A stretch of 64,000 bases of DNA, taken from NCBI GenBank assembly GCA_036172245.1, contig JAYWIR010000066.1, positions 372,001-436,000 on the forward strand, read 5' to 3'. This document shows, one piece after another, positions 38,301 through 52,368 of the stretch. The notes beneath the pieces are model-generated. The model saw only the letters and a program-made list of their open reading frames with translations, was not told the DNA's origin and did not search any database. This DNA comes from Raillietiella orientalis (lineage: Eukaryota). Position 1 is the stretch's first letter, and every line of letters begins with the position of its first letter. Position numbers and translations under genes: made by a program.

Positions 38301-39911
38301 GCTAGGATACTCGGCGCTAACATTCGTAACAAATTTCAGTGGGAGCCAAAAAAAAAGTGCCCCTCCAATATGCTCTTAAGAATTTCCCGGAACGTCACAA
38401 TGCTGAGAAGTGGCCAGCGAAAGCTTCGATTCCTAAATAAGCTTAGATAAGATTACAAATTCTCCTGACACTGGAAATCTGCTGCCCCATCTCCCAATGA
38501 ATCGTACCTAAGCAGAAACTCTGGTTGCATTTCCGTGGGCAGACACTGTGGAAACAAACGCAACCTTCCTTCAACGTGCCAGATAACTTTGCGTTGCAGA
38601 AAACATGAAATCTTAGCTAACCTTTCCCCAAAACTGAGAACATGGGAGTTCACCGAATCGCAGCCAACATGCACGCACCTATCTCGACGTGATTTACATT
38701 TCCTATGTCGAAATAGCTGGATTTGCCCTCGAGCACCAAACACTCCTTAGCCTTTCAAAAATGACCACGAATGTGAACTCCGACTTACATGTCCTTGGAG
38801 ATGTGTGCTTTTTTCCCCTTCTTTCTGTGTGAATGAACTGAAATCATCTTGGATGTCCCGTTTTAAAACATCTCTTTCCGGAAGAGATATCTGACATTTC
38901 GTTTGCTGTATTGATTTAGGAAACTGAGACCAAAACACTAGTAATACTTTCTAATTTGGGACTTCTTTAGACTCAACCATTTTGTTCAGTTGTGTTCTCA
39001 TCGAAGATTCATCTAGGGGGAGGCAGCGGTGTATGATTCCAAATGTAAGTGGATAACACAACCGGAACAACAGAGCATGATGTGGAGCACTGATGTCAGA
39101 AATCATAACTGAAACAGAGGATCACTCATAGGAGAGTGAAACAACCCAGTGAATTCTGGGAAATACTGAGAGGGTGAACAAACTGGGCTTAAGACCAGCC
39201 TATGTTGTACAAGACGTACAGAAACGGAAAACAAACGACGGAACAGTGGAAAACAAAAAGAAGCCCATCCAGCATGAAGAAGCGCATCCAAAGCACTAGA
39301 AATTTGTTTGAAAAACTCATTTCAAGCAAACCGTGTGCTTTTGCGCGTTTCAAAACAGAAAAAAAAAGAGAAACGAAGGTGAGGGAAGAGAGACAAAAAG
39401 GCGTATCTAAAGAGAGCCCAGTTGATGCGGTCAAAGTTTCGAACAGGAAGAGTGTTGACTCTGCTTTGGCCGGTAAATTTTTTCTTCATTTTGTGGAAGG
39501 ACCATGCATGCGAGTGACCATTAGGAAATAAAAATGAAATAAGGAGAAAAAATGAAACAATCGCTGCAAGCCGAAAAAAGTAGTTGGAAATAAGAGTATT
39601 GCTCCAACTACCCTGCCTATGTAGTTTGGCAAAAGATCGTAATATTCCGGTGCCTCAGTCTGCCGAAAAAGAAAATCACGCATGGAAAACGAATATACAC
39701 ATATCTGTTGAGATTCATAAGCATAATTAAAGCTTTTGTTCTGGAACAACTGCTTTGAAAAATTGATGAAGCACGAGCTGATCATAATAAGCTGGTCATG
39801 AAAGATTTGGGAAATTCCTCCACTGAATTACTTTTATATAGGAAGGTACACTTATACTTATACTTTTAGAAGTCCGTATCTAACGGGTACACTCATACAT
39901 ACGTGTACCCG

Positions 39912-39918
<7 letters not shown>

Positions 39919-39956
<38 letters not shown>
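39919..39956. repeat. (TA)n microsatellite
   Basis: About 19 TA units. Confidence 0.9.
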
Positions 39957-39958
<2 letters not shown>

Positions 39959-42952
39959 ACATCACGATATACCTGACTTCTAAACAGTCTTATGTACTGT
40001 TTCTATGAAAACTCTATATGAGGCAGGCTTAGACTTTTTGCTCTTGTGTTCCTATAAGAAAAAAAAAGTATCAAATAAAACTAAGTCTGGAGAAGTTTTC
40101 TCGCTAACCAGATACAAAATTGTTGATCAAATTTCTATGGGTTGACCACATTTTGAGTCTATGACTATTTCAATAAATCATAAGTTCATGCTACCTTTCA
40201 CATGAATAAAATACTGATTCCACATTGTTAAACATAAAACTGCTTACAAGAAATGGCTAATACCTACCAAGTATCATCACTTGAAGGAGTCCATCTTTAG
40301 TGTTGCCTCCCTGCAATCCGTTTGTAGCTTAGTTTAGTCATTTTAATATTAGAAGTAGATGCTCACACATGAAAACCCTTTTTAAATTAATTTTGAATCA
40401 TTCCAGCTGGATCGCCCTGAATCTGTTATGCCCAACACGTATTTGCTCCTCTTTAATGAGACTATGCCTGTTGACTATCTAATACTATATGCAATGATTG
40501 CACTGTCCTTGAAACTGTTATATGATATGTAATTTCCAAACAACGTCTGTCGCAGATATGTGAATACTAGTATTTCATTTTAGAAAACACGCTTGCAAGC
40601 ATTGTGCTTACATCAGAATCATTCCTAAAATGTAAAGTTTCTTTGAAAATAGAACTTATAATTTGAATGCAATTAGTCTCCATAGAAGAAATGGTTGTTT
40701 CAGCGTATCTGGAAAACAAGGGTTTCGAGTGATGAATATGTGATGATTGTTTTCCCAAATATGACTCACTGGAAACTTTCCTATTATCAGTTCTGATTGT
40801 TCACTAAAAAAAAAAGGGGAAGGCCAAAATACAGATGGAATGATAGTTTCAAATTTTGTTCCCTTAAGCAGCAATATGATAGGATTATTTCCAGGTCAAT
40901 AGAAGCCAATTACTAATAACACGGATCGGATCTGGTAATGCAGAAAATGAAACAACAAAGAACAGTAGCTATTTTAATGTATCTAGCAGGAAATTCATTT
41001 GAAATGAGACATCCAGCTATTTTAATCTTGATTCATGATTCAGGAGACAGACAAACAGTGTTCTTCTGAAGGTGGAAATTTAATTAGCAGAATTTCCATG
41101 GAAGGGGGCGGGGGGGAAGGACTCGATCTGAAATCGATAAAGTGTCTCCGATACATGAAAACCGTGCCAAAATAATAATAAGCAGACGTTCCCCGTTGGG
41201 TTATATGGCAGCTGCAATGAATTGAAATTTAACCTTGGAATATAAAGTAAATTGCAATATTGTAATCTGAATTAATGTGGGAGTACATGTGTGTGTGTAC
41301 ATATTTCTCACGGGGCGAATAAGGACAGCGGGGAAGAGAATTTCCCGATGATGATTACAAAAGGAAATATGTCCACAACACATGGAGGGAAAAATAATGA
41401 TTTTGAAAACCAGGTTGTTGGTCCATAAAGGGTGTTGAATTAAATTCCTTGCTTTCAATTCATCTATTCATTTCCGAAACTGTCTACATCGTTACGAACG
41501 TTTCCCATTTTACAAGGCATGAACCAATTCCAATGCATACACTCCACGCACATACAGTGTTTTTCCAGCGTTCCTGCTCTGCATGCATTGTGTGTAAGAA
41601 AAAACTGGATACTTAAAAGCAAATAACGAAAGTACTACGAAGTATAACTACAGTTTTACCTAACCAGTTACACACTGAAACCGAGTATCAGCAAGATTCA
41701 CATCACCGATGCACGTGGTGTGATATCCAAGTAAAACATGTAATCACTGCAGTCTTCCTAAGGCAACTGTTTAATAGCAAAATCAAGTCCAGAGCTCAAA
41801 TTCCGACACTTTGATCGAACCGGAGTGCATGTTTTCATTTGTGCCATCTTTTAGAGAGGATAGTCCATTTTGGAAGGGGAAAACAAATCCTGTGGTGCCT
41901 AGGGAACAATACTTTCCCACAGTTTGTACAAAATATAACTTTGTTACTTAATAAAAACAATTTATACATTAGTGTGCGATCGTTTATTTGTAGCTCATTC
42001 ATGTTCATTCCGATTTCCACAGAAACGATCAAGAGTTGCAATACTTTCTTCAAGGCACCAACGGGCGAGTTGCAACATAATTAACCATGTTAGCAATTAA
42101 TAAAAGATATCTTTCCCAAAGATGTTTTTTTTTGAATTATGCAAAACGGTACCGGTTGGCCATCTCCGAAAAGTCACCGGTAAACCCATACTTCATTCAA
42201 CTGGTACGAGGGTATAATGGTACGATACTACAAATTTGAAACGAAAGAGTGTTCAAAATCACGATGCCACTGCATCTTCCAGATTATACGAATGCATTAA
42301 CATACCTCACAATTTACAAATGACAGTTGTGTTTATTTGCAAGTCAAGGGTATTAGACATACAAGGCCGAAATCCTTTCAAATGAATTTATAATGTGATC
42401 CCTTTACTGGAGCAGAAAGATAAATCTCTGCTTAACTTAACGTCTGAGTCAGGGGAAAAATTTTGCACCCATCTGGACTGCATAATGACTTTCTTATTCA
42501 TACCAATCTCAACACAGACACACATATGTCTTAGGATACATGTACTGTATGAGCTTGATGTACCCTAGAATGACATTCAAATTACAAACCAAAGTCAAAT
42601 TAAATTCAATTTTCTCCATATTCGTTCATGGCTGCAAATAAGAAAAAAATGATCCACAGGAGTAACATTCCAACTTTCATTCATGAATTATATCAATATT
42701 GTTGTTAGAAAACTAAATACTATATGCTACTTAATTACATATAACTCTTGAAGAAAACGATGCCTCTGAAGTCAAAATGGAAAAACAGATTGCTTTGTTA
42801 AAAGTTTGTATTAAAATCAAACAATTAAATCGTAATAGAAATCTGCACAAATATATTGCTTATTTAAAGGTAAAACACTTATGATCTTTTCAGATAGATT
42901 ATTCTCTCACATTCTACTTATAAATGCACTATTTCCGGAAACCCACGTATTT

Positions 42953-45900
42953 TCAGGAACTAGTCTGTGATTGTTCACTGGGACCCCAAATCCGCACAGT
43001 TCCATCATCAGAAGCACTTGCTAACATTTGGGGAAACTTAGGATTCCATGTAACACAATTAACCGTTCTTGTATGTCCACTAAGCACACTAATAGGAAGC
43101 TCTCGACGAATATGCCATATGTATACTTTGTTATCTGAAAGGATATCATAAGCAAAAGCAACACAATGAATACTTTTACCTTCACTTCCACTGGCAACAA
43201 AAATTTCATTAAGACCTCCGAAACAAGAGTGTATGGTATAAAAGCCTTGTGTTACTCCTTGAAATTTTCGCACCAAGCATCTATCTTGGAGATCCCATAA
43301 ATGTATACCCTGAGTTGCTACATTTAACAATGCAAGTCTTCCCGAATTATTTACAGTAAAAGACATAATTGCATGATCCTCTTGTAAACTGGAATGAATA
43401 ACACGTAATTCCGTAATGAGTACACCATCATACCTACATATTAAAATCAGAAAGTTCTTCAAAATTGTACCCACGAATTCTATGCAGTGTATCAGCTGCG
43501 AGCACTGTTTTACCATCATTTTTATACCATAAACATTGAACTCTGACTCCCTCCCAAGAATCTAATATGTTTCCATCAAGATCCTAAAGAACATATGGGA
43601 GAAACATATTCAAGAGTTGTAGGAAATGATAATTATGAAAAAAACAAGCAGAAAACAAAACAAAACATGCATAAAGATTTTTGCATCCTTACACACTGAT
43701 AAAACTGTCCTCTTGTACCACCGGTTACAAATTTTTTGCTATCTTTATGCCATGAGCATGATGTCAAACTATCATCAGATGACTGAGAAACTTTAACTTT
43801 GAGTTCTCCTTTTTCAACATCCCATAACCATAAATCTGAGCAATCATCCGGGCCACAAGCAGCCAACATCTTACTATCTGGACTCCAAGCTAAATATGCT
43901 ACACCAAATGAATGGCCTTCTAATACTTTATTGTGCTGAACTTTTTGGGTCTCCTATGAATGAGTACATTCTGAATATACGAAAAGAATGTTTGGAACCA
44001 ACCAGATCAACATTCCATATAATGGCGGAATTGTCTTTAGACCCTGTGGCCAGCATAGTTCCATCTGGAGAAAACTTGCAAAACCAAACTTCATCACAGT
44101 GATTATTAATAATTTGTATAGTTTCACAGGGAAAATTCTCTCTAAAAAATAATTGCGTAATTAAAAACAAAAATTTCAGACGAAAATATATTTGCATTAT
44201 AAATAAATTCACAACAGTGTATTATAATGGCCTATAGCCTTCTAAGAAAAGTTTTCGTGTCGAAGTAATGATCCAAAACCATAACTATTAGGATCGTTCA
44301 ACTGGAGATTATACTGTACGAGCCCATTAACATACGGATATTATATATACGGATATGACTGATAAAACAAACAAAACTCAAAAGGCAATACAACATTTCA
44401 CGCATTTTTAATGATTATTCAGTTAGAGGCCAAATGGGATTGATGGCTAGGATAATTTCCATTTCCAAGATCTCTAAACTTAGGTAAGCAAGCATTAAGA
44501 AAATGAATGTTGCATGTCCTCGCACATTCTTACAGCTTTTACCAAGTTAAATCACTACATTAACCTGTACAAAAAAAAAGAAGAAAAAAACAAAAATTGC
44601 AGGGAATTCCTCTACTCTGATTTACACTACTGAATACTCAAATGCATTTTAAATAAATACGTTTTTCCACTTATTAACAGCCATTAAGCAAATGTCATTT
44701 TAACACGCATCTACTCCCCAAGACAAATCATGATTAGCAAGACGAGAAAACAAAAATACTTTCACTACTGATTAAAGGAATGCTTTGTTTTCTTTGAATT
44801 GTTATTCCAAACCGGAGTTTCTATAAAACAAAAAGACTACGATTTCAGTGGACAAATTTTACTGCTCATACAATTATCTATATAATACTGATACTATTGA
44901 ACTAAGTTTTCTCCTCTTTTGTCAATATTATTCTTGAAATTCTTGATTCATTATCTTTGCATTATGTACTCTATGCTCCTGTGTAACGAGAACTGTTTAC
45001 CAAAAGCACACACAATCTCTTTAAGTTTTAAAAAGCTTAATGGTGCCAAGACTTTCAACAATGTAATTTTCTACACGTATCATTCTTCTTACTTCCAAAT
45101 ATATTACCTTCTAAACCAAATTTATATTTAAAACTTATCTAGTATACTTTAAATAAATATGTGGAAAACCAGAAAAGCAAATTAACTCAGATGATGGAGA
45201 GCAAATGGCTGTTGATTATAAAATTTCACACAATCAAGAAATGAACATGCACTCTTAAAAGTATGAAAAAAAGAAGCATCACAAAGGCAAACACTCAACT
45301 CTACTTGCGATCAGAAATCGTTCATTTACCAAAACTTCCAAAAATAATTAATGACTTTTTTGTCAGCAAATATTGTAGCTTCACAACTGGACACACACTG
45401 ATTATTCTCAATAATACCATATACATGCATGACATTATCAACAGTATTTCTAATTAAATAGAAAACTCGAAAAAATACCTGCTGCAAATATGATCAGTTA
45501 GCAAGGAGCTATTATGAGCTTGAATTTCAGTATTGTGAAAAGGACATCGGTCAAATTGAGATTCAATAGCCTGAATAAGCAGCGTTTTCAATCTGAAATA
45601 CGCATATTAAAATTTTAGCGATTAAACCAATGTCTAATCTTAAACTAATCCATATATACTATGTAGCTATAAGACAACTTGATAATTGAAACATGGACAT
45701 TAAATGGGTTAAGAATTTGATATCAGTGCATGATAAAACAGGCAATGCAATAAAATTGATACATCAATCAACAATGCCATAATTAAGTTACATGGAACAG
45801 TAGGAAAGCAATGTTGAATTCCATAAATTGAAAACACTTTATAGTTCAAAACAGTGAAACACAAAATGTTGAATAAAGTCACCTTCTAGGTGGAAGCATA

Positions 45901-48900
45901 ACTGTGGGTGGTAAAAACTCTTGCAAATGATCCATTAATTTTGATCTACTTGAATCACCTTTTCCATCCCATAAGGCATCTTTTCGAAGATCTTCTGAAC
46001 TTGCACACATGATCAAGCTAAAAAAAAACACACATACGTAAGTGTTTCAAAAATATAACATAGTAATAATGTTGTATGTACCTTGAAAGCTTGTGGATTT
46101 TTTTCGTATTATGCTGTAAAGGTGTCAATTCATTTCGTAAACAAAATAAAGCATCGATCAGCTTTCCATCATCTAAGAATTCAAGAAATTTTTGTTCCAA
46201 AATAACAAATTTCATTTCCTGTAATAGAAACATTAACATGAAGTTTCGATAGAAATTATGTGCAAAGTTTTACAAATGAATGAAACAAATTATATAAGAA
46301 AATGCATGTTCTGATTTAACAGGTGTACATACTTGGAAGAATAAAAAAAAAAACGATAAATACGGGTAACAACATACCGATTTATGCTTGTATGGAATTA
46401 ATAAGTGTTATCAAAAATACAAACACAAGCTTCTTGGATCAACGTCAAAAAATATCAAGTTACGAAATTCTCAAATAAAACACTCTGATATTTAAAAACA
46501 CACATGTTCTTTTAAAGCATACTTCCATAATAAACACAAAGCAATTTTCAATAGAAATCACAATCTTAAATTGATTTAAAAAATGATTTCTAGTTCTATT
46601 TCAAGCTTATATGTATGTTATATATGTATTTTTTTTATTAAGAATTACATCACATACAGCAAATTAATGCAACAATTAATACAAAGTTTTTGCCATTACT
46701 TTTAAGTTCTGTGGATTTTCAAGCAATGATTTTACTTCTACGAGGTCCAATTCTGCCTAAAATAAATCAACAATTACTCACATGCACTAACATGTAGATT
46801 GAAAAGTCAACAATAATAAAGTGAATTGCGATTCTGTGAAATTATAATTAACTTTGAAATCTTATGTAATCAACTTTAAAAAATCAAACTGAATCCAACT
46901 CTGTAAGTCCAATAAAACAGTTCAAGAATTATATAAACCTGTATTTAATTTAGCATTTTCACTCAACATGATATATGAGAAACCTTGAAGTTATTAATTT
47001 CAAAATATCTCAAAAACTAATTTTGAAACAAATTATTGAATTAAAATAATGAAAACAGACATTTGTATACCTACTCCTAAATGAATTCCAAATGCATGCT
47101 TGCAAGTTCCATATTTATGTCATACAAGACTTGAAGTTAATATAAAGCTAATATTTGAACTCAAACATCACAAAGAAATGACTTATTTGGAAGTAAAAAA
47201 AAAAATTATACAAGCTAAACGCTTACAGACCGGAAAGCAAAAAAGAGCCGAAAAAGGCAAGAAATATCGATCAAAGCACATATAAAAAACTAAATGTTAA
47301 CATAACAAAAATGAAATTTTTAAGCTGTAGCAGTTTCAAAGCTTAATGTTAATTAAAATTTTAAGGCTGCTTTCAAACCCATTAAGGCAAACATTAACAA
47401 TGATAAAAGCACACATGGTTCAATCATGAATAATACAAACAAAAACATGAATCATGGAATTTTGTTTCACTAATGCAAAAACCTTTTTCCAATCACCCTC
47501 CATGACATGCTCTCTGAATTTCATTGCTGCTGGATGATCAAGCTTACATCCGGATTCGTAGATGAGTTGTTCAACTGACTGACTAACAAGAGAAAGACTG
47601 CATTTAAAAAAATAAAAATGTGCTTTACATGTAAATTATGAATACTTCCACCTTGGTGTCTAAAGGAATAAATATTCATAACTCCAAAATATTAAGCAAC
47701 AGTCACATTGAATAACTGCAACTGCAAAAATTTAAATATATGGCACATAGGTAAATTTCTCAAAAAATGCATTGCAAATTATATTAAAAATTTAGCATGT
47801 TTTGAAAGACAATTTTTAAAATAATAGGGCTCACACGAGAAAACTCTGAATGAGACACTGAATTTACATGAAGGAACTCACAAGAATCCACAATTTAACA
47901 GAAAATAAGGAGTAAAAAGAATCAAGTCAGCTGCCCCAATAAAGATTTCATTATTAAAAATGAATGGCACAAAACTGAAAGATGCTAGCAAATATCAATT
48001 CCAAATAAATTCATAATTCAACAAGAACATGTCAAAAACAAGCAATACTGAACTGTATTAATTACAGTTCAAGCAAAAAACATTTTAAAGATTAACAATT
48101 AAAGAGTAAATTTTTTTCAAATTTATACAAGAACCAGCCCTTAAAACCCAATTCATCGTATGCACGATGCTACATTATAATCTTAGCCCAAAAATTGAGA
48201 AGCAATTGTGCTTATAAAAAGCAGAAAACTAATTCATAAGAAATACGTGGGAAATTAACAAATAAACTGTGCTATCTGCATAAATCAGTGTGTAACATGT
48301 GAAAAAATTAGTGATAAATAATCCACTAGCAGAGGGAAAAAGTATCTACCAATTTTTAGAAATGAATTCGTAAGTATAATTTTTTTTCCATAATAAATCA
48401 AAAGGATTTAATCCCCACACAAATTACTATGATAAATGACAGAAATTTCATACCAATCATGCAAGCATACAACACAAGTCAACTGAAATGTCATTCACAA
48501 ATCCAACATGAAGCAATATTCCCATTCAATACACACATTCATAACAATCAGAGAATGCAGATTTCCAATAAAAGTATCTAGGAATAACAAGGAATAGTCT
48601 GTTGGAAGAAAAAGAAACTTTAAAAAAACTAAAAAAAAATTCAAAAAACCACATATTATCTCCGGAGGCAATGCATCAAAACAATCATGCATTACTATGT
48701 CAGATACTTTTACTTTCATTGCTTAATTTAAATTGCTGCTAAATTACCTAGAAGCGATGATAAAAACTTACTTGAAGCCAAGACTTCGTAAATATTGTCC
48801 TATTAATCTCACAATATCTTCATCGAGTTTAGATATAGTTTTACCAGATGGTTGAATATATTGCTGCTTATCTGAACTGGATGTAACTTTCACAGCAATG

Positions 48901-50158
48901 TCATTTTCATCAGTAATAGATCCATTTTGTTGAAGACATCCATTAGTAGTGTGCTGCATTGTACATGAACGAATCTTTTGCTTTTTAAGTGGTGGAGGTG
49001 AAACACCTCCCTCTTCTGAATCACCACAGGAGTCCAGGCTTGCAAAAACAGTCACGTACCTAAGAGTAAAGTTATTAAACATCTACAACCCAGTACAATT
49101 CAATCTCTTGTAATAAATTTGTTTCCAACTTAATGTTTTTGGGAGATTTGTAACACTTTCCTTAATAGAAAATAATTGATAGAGAAAAGTACATGAAATA
49201 ATCAATACAGAAATTAAAAGTACAAGCATGAACTTTCAATGAAAGAAACCCATTTAAAGTACAAGTATGTTTGAAAAGCATCTTACTGATTATTGATTCC
49301 AAAACTAAACAATGCAAAAACATCCTAATATATAACAAATATGCTAGAAATACATATCCCTAATTAGAAACTTTAGCAAAATGCATCTTTAAAAATGCAT
49401 CTTTGACTTACTCCACAACTTAATAAGTAGGGATATGTTAATATCCTTCTTGAAGTTCTCATATATTACTGCTAGCCTTTTCAATTGAGTCACTTCCACA
49501 TTAATGTTCTCCAAATATATTTAATCTTCATAAAGAGAAAATCCAACTTACGATACATCTGAATACTTCTAAAAATATAAATCATATGAAGACGGTCCAA
49601 AGTGATTAAATTAGGTTAAAATACACCATATGATCATGCAGTGCATTGTATGTCTTTCGTGGTTTTCAAAACATACTATTTTTCGAATTTAAGTAATTTA
49701 GCCTTTTAATAATACTTTGATAGGAACAAAACACACTTAAAGATGATAGCTCCACAATAAGTACTTTATTAAAAGTATGACGCACAAAACGGATTCCGGC
49801 TGACTATGAACAATCATACAGTTAATAAAAATAGATATAACGTTCACATGCTTCTGGAGACACAGTATTATAAATAAAAAAAAAAGCATAGTATTTCTTG
49901 CCCCTTAATTTATCCTCATATTCTTCTGAATGTTTGTAATAGTGGTCATTGCGACATATTGCGTTTCAACATAGCTGCTTCCAAATCATTACTTTTAGTC
50001 AAACGAATGCACTCAGAAAGTTCACAAATTCGGAAAGACAAGTGAATGTACTAGTAGTTATCAACAATTAACTATAACAACTTACTGCTAACTTTACTTT
50101 CAGATTTAATGTTGGATAGTTGAGTACTGCTCACTTACTCGCGTCCTTTGTTTTCCAT
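42953..50158 (-). CDS. WDR26: WDR26 (GID7, CTLH/GID E3 complex; LisH-CTLH-WD40). Exons [50158-50139 putative], 49059-48772, 47582-47483, 46756-46700, 46218-46082, 46017-45883, 45592-45479, 44141-44003, 43953-43693, 43583-43438, 43388-43180, 43134-42953. 595 aa from AUG 50158, or 555 aa from AUG 48959
   Basis: Motifs [16 protein letters not shown] (LisH), [80 protein letters not shown] and [13 protein letters not shown]...[14 protein letters not shown]. All junctions are GT-AG and in frame. The first exon is less certain. Confidence 0.93.
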
Positions 50159-52368
50159 AATCAGCTGATTAAACATCACGAATCCCTCTTTCCAAGCAAA
50201 ATTTTTCATTTCAATAGAGCTCAGAAAGTCCCTCAGAAATTCGACGTAAAAATAAAACTAATGCTTTCGATAATTAAGGATAATTTATTTATTCAGATTA
50301 AATTCTTAAACAGAAATTAAATGATCATAACTTGATTCGATGAAATTAAATTCGAACAAACAAATAATAAACAAATACCTTCAAGAAATAAGACAAGTGT
50401 ACAATAAAATACTATGATAATTAGAGCTGTTAGGTGTAACTCGTTGAAAGAATCATGGGAAGAAACCATGATAAATAAGCTTAAAGGACGTGTTTTTTCA
50501 TAATTACAAACACAGCTATTTATAGTACATTAATGCTTTGACGTAGTCCTGTAACTCTATTCTCCTGTGCTTTGATTGACATTGATAAGTCTTCCTAAGA
50601 ACTTGATTTCTTAGAAATATTTTGGAGTGAATTAATCCTTAAGCCCTTCTTTTTGCCATAAACTTTCCAATGTATACTGATAAATAGGTGTAATATCCAT
50701 AAGATGTAATCAATCTCGTAAGAACATGTTTTACTCCTTAGAATGTATAAAGTCATCGAACTCCTAAATTCTTTTGTAAGCTTATTTCGAATGCTCTGAC
50801 TTTTAAATATGAAGGATTTATCGTTTACGTATCACCTTGCCAACCTCGTGATTAAGCTATGCTTAAATTTTCTTCTAAGTAAAGTTGTCATTGCAGAATA
50901 GGGTGCACTCGAGTTTTCATTGAGGGATTTACAGCAGCTGGAAGAATTAATGTTTAGTTCAGTTCAGACACCGCAGGTATCACCGTCGCAGATTCTTTTA
51001 CTGTCCCTTCTTTTGGACAACAGACAAAATGTTTTGTCAAACGTATTTTCTAGAAAACTTGGTTTTCGAATCCATGAGGAAATGGGAATAGTTGAGGTGA
51101 TAAACATATGGTTCTGAAAATTTATTGAACGCAAAAAGTACAATAAAATGAATGAATAACAAATTCAGCAAGCCTTATGACTGCATGAACGGTTCATTCA
51201 AACAAAAATTGCGTAGCTTGAAGTATTCATTCTGATCTTAAAGTGGCATATTGATTTTGCACAGAGCATCATACTCATGCTGGCAGCAGTTTTACAACTG
51301 CAAGCAACGTAAAAAGTAGCGAACGATGCACTTTCCTAGAAACCTCATTCAGGAATCGGATTGTGGAATTTTTCATTAAAAGATGACGGCTGATTTACGA
51401 ATGTTTGGGGAAGATTAAAATTCTCCGTTTCACTTGTGCAAAAATGAAAACATTCACATTCCCATCGTGTTCTTCGGCCTATGCACATATCTCCATTCCA
51501 CTACTATAATTCAATACAAATAACGAGCCCTTGCAACACGCAATTGGGTGTCCTGTTTTCCACAGTGCACACTCGCCGTACTGAGACGATGATTGCCAAG
51601 GTACACGGTCTAGAAAAATGATTTTATCCAATCGTTTGCTTTTCGTGCCTTCTTTAGAAATACCCCTCACCATATCTACGACCTTAAAATTTATGATAGG
51701 TTTTGCAGACACGAGGAAAATGACCCTTGTTTCAAGATGGTCCTATCTTACAGATAACTACAAATCACAATTCCGTTTGCGAGTACAACTTTCCGATTCT
51801 TTAAATTGACTATTGGTTGATGATGACTTCATGCTCATCTTGACTCTTGGAACCAGTGTACGTAACGGATTCAGTGTATTTTCGCACTGTGGATTCGGCA
51901 TTGCTAATATATTCCACTTTCCAGTTTTCATATGATCATAACAAATCTTGCTGAAAATTCAGTTGGAGAATTCGAACAAAGGGAGACAGTATTGTTAATG
52001 CAGCAAATACCACAAACACCCAGTTTGGGGAAACTGGATCAGGCAAAAAATACAAACTTGCTGCACAAGAGACTTAAAGTGTTTGTGAATGCAGCTCCCA
52101 GAAAGCCCTTTTTTCTTTAAGTTTCATTCAAGAGTACAAATTTACTTTGCAATGACATGCTAACACACACTACCTGCAAGGTGAGCACACCCAAAATGGG
52201 ACAAACAGCTAATATGAAGAACTACTCAAAATTTACAATATCAAGAGCATCAGTTTCTTTAAATGCTTTTTGCATATGAAAAATTGAATGCAAACCCCAA
52301 ACATACAAAGAAATGAACTTGAAAAACAACAAAAACAATAGGCAACCATAATGTGTATATTTCAGCAG

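Noticed and set aside
33100..42100. Short ORFs between striatin and WDR26
   Set aside because: No recognisable protein or transposase/RT motifs, and the frames are frequently interrupted.
49060..49082. In-frame genomic ATG at 49082 as the WDR26 start
   Set aside because: It lies within the pyrimidine-rich acceptor region upstream of the AG at 49060-49061, so it is probably intronic.
50800..52200. Possible small gene between WDR26 and RPS25
   Set aside because: Only ORFs under 80 aa, without recognisable similarity or a spliceable chain.
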